From Anaerolineales bacterium (lineage in GTDB: Bacteria; Chloroflexota; Anaerolineae; Anaerolineales; UBA11579), in NCBI GenBank assembly GCA_019637805.1, contig JAHBVB010000001.1, positions 5,262 to 69,261 of the forward strand: 64,000 bases of DNA, in the 5' to 3' direction. Of the stretch, positions 62,930 to 64,000 are shown piece after piece (within the stretch, counting starts at the first letter, position 1; every line of letters begins with the position of its first letter). The notes below the pieces were generated by a model. That model made no database searches. It was given only the letters and a program-made list of their open reading frames with translations, and was not told the DNA's origin. A program made the translations under genes and the position numbers.

Positions 62930-64000
62930 TCAATACAACCGCGGCGCGGCATTGATCCGCTCGATTGCATGCGCAAAATCGACCCCTATCGTATCGCAGT
63001 ACCAAAGTATCGATTCCAAACGTGGTTGGTTATCCCGGTGCACTAACTCCCAAGCCTTATCGCGGGAGAGCACACCTTCCCGGATCAGATTTGAACGCTG
63101 CGCGTCGTTCTCGGTAAAACCCGCCATACGATAATAAATGTAATTGTAAAACGAAGCAGTGCCATCACCAATTCGCCAGGTTGTTTCCGTATCGCTGGCC
63201 GTTTCCCAATCCAACTCTGCTTGCAACGTCTGCTCGATCTCGGCTTCATCCCAAGGAATGTAGTCATAAAAGATTTCATACTCGTGGGGGATCAGATAGT
63301 AAGACACATAGCCAAACAAGGTGTCTGCCACTGAGCTATTAATAAAGGCTGGGTTTAACGCCACTTGCTTGGCGTAATAGAAAACTTGCTGCATTTGGCT
63401 GCGCGCCGAGAGATGGTAATGCTTTTGCTTGGAATAATTCTCATTGGTGCCGGTAAAGCCGGACTTGAAGTCTGTACGTTCCAGGGGGTTCATGCTGAAC
63501 AAGATCAGATCAAGATCCATTTGCTCTTTGAGCATGTTGGCGTAGTAAAAGAACTGTTTATCCCCCGCCATGAACAGCGGAACGGTTCCCAATTCAGGGC
63601 GGTGCAGCCAGGCCAACACATTTTTCCGAATATTACGCCGCTTGCCACGTATATCGGCTGAAATCAAAATGTGTTCAATCCCCAGCTCGCCACAAACCCG
63701 GTACACATTCCGCCTGGCGAGGTCAGTGACCATCCCCCAATCATAGGTATAGGCCACTGGGTTCATGCCCAACTTGGTTTTCATATAATGGATCGCGTAT
63801 GAGCTATCCCGCCCGCCACTCAGTGGAGCCAAAACATTGGGGGAATCTGAACCCTTGCGCGGCAGGCTGTCTACTAACTGTTGCAGAGCATCATGCCCCT
63901 GGGGTTTATAAGGAGCATAGTTGTGGCAAAAATTGCACACGCCTTCCTGATCGTATTGGATGAACGGGAATGTTTCCGGCAATAGACAGCGGCTGCAACG
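62930..64000 (-). CDS. N-acetyl sugar amidotransferase (WbpG-like PP-loop ATPase), N-terminus beyond the window end
   Basis: The frame stays open to nt 64000 (..RCSRCLLPETFPFIQYDQEGVCNFC). PP-loop SGGRDSSY. The track start (TTG 63982) is therefore internal. Confidence 0.75.
   Translation of the reverse strand, partial: RCSRCLLPETFPFIQYDQEGVCNFCHNYAPYKPQGHDALQQLVDSLPRKGSDSPNVLAPLSGGRDSSYAIHYMKTKLGMNPVAYTYDWGMVTDLARRNVYRVCGELGIEHILISADIRGKRRNIRKNVLAWLHRPELGTVPLFMAGDKQFFYYANMLKEQMDLDLILFSMNPLERTDFKSGFTGTNENYSKQKHYHLSARSQMQQVFYYAKQVALNPAFINSSVADTLFGYVSYYLIPHEYEIFYDYIPWDEAEIEQTLQAELDWETASDTETTWRIGDGTASFYNYIYYRMAGFTENDAQRSNLIREGVLSRDKAWELVHRDNQPRLESILWYCDTIGVDFAHAIERINAAPRLY

Overview
High-GC bacterial chromosomal segment (typical 60-nt lines are about 70% G+C, e.g. 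42/60 at 13981-14040). It is densely packed with about 52 protein-coding genes. I found no rRNA, tRNA, CRISPR array, transposase or integrase. Gene content (fused MFS/spermidine synthase, NBR1-Ig-like and FxLYD lipoproteins, PD40 + M23 proteins, giant DUF11-type adhesin) is reminiscent of Chloroflexota, but that placement is tentative.

The backbone is housekeeping: ftsH, mutS, apgM, alaS, ruvX, mltG, recA, eno, pyrG, ahcY, pth, mfd, plus Met/Cys/SAM-cycle genes. Interleaved with it are envelope and accessory functions and several low-GC islets (19/60 G+C at 19261-19320 and at 48241-48300).

Main findings:
1. A Dlt-like five-component transmembrane acyl-relay cluster at 10004-14571: FAAL-type ligase, carrier protein, anchored SGNH protein, MBOAT, and a 39-aa micropeptide ending WIYQGF. 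It sits in a non-Firmicute-like context, and cargo and acceptor are unknown.
2. A >2150-aa adhesin whose own LPATG sorting motif (5994-6008) is fused in frame to a complete sortase catalytic domain (6075-6503).
3. A ParB/Srx-fold SerK/SbnI-like putative serine kinase wedged between a CBS-type enzyme and a cystathionine gamma-lyase-type enzyme.
4. A recurrent pattern of -10-like hexamers 5-7 nt upstream of start codons with no Shine-Dalgarno, suggesting widespread leaderless mRNAs.
5. A textbook sigma70 promoter with two Cheo-type SOS boxes upstream of recA.
6. A small hairpin repeat family, GTCATTCTGAGC...AAGAATC.

All functional calls rest on motifs read by eye from the ORF translations. No database search was run.
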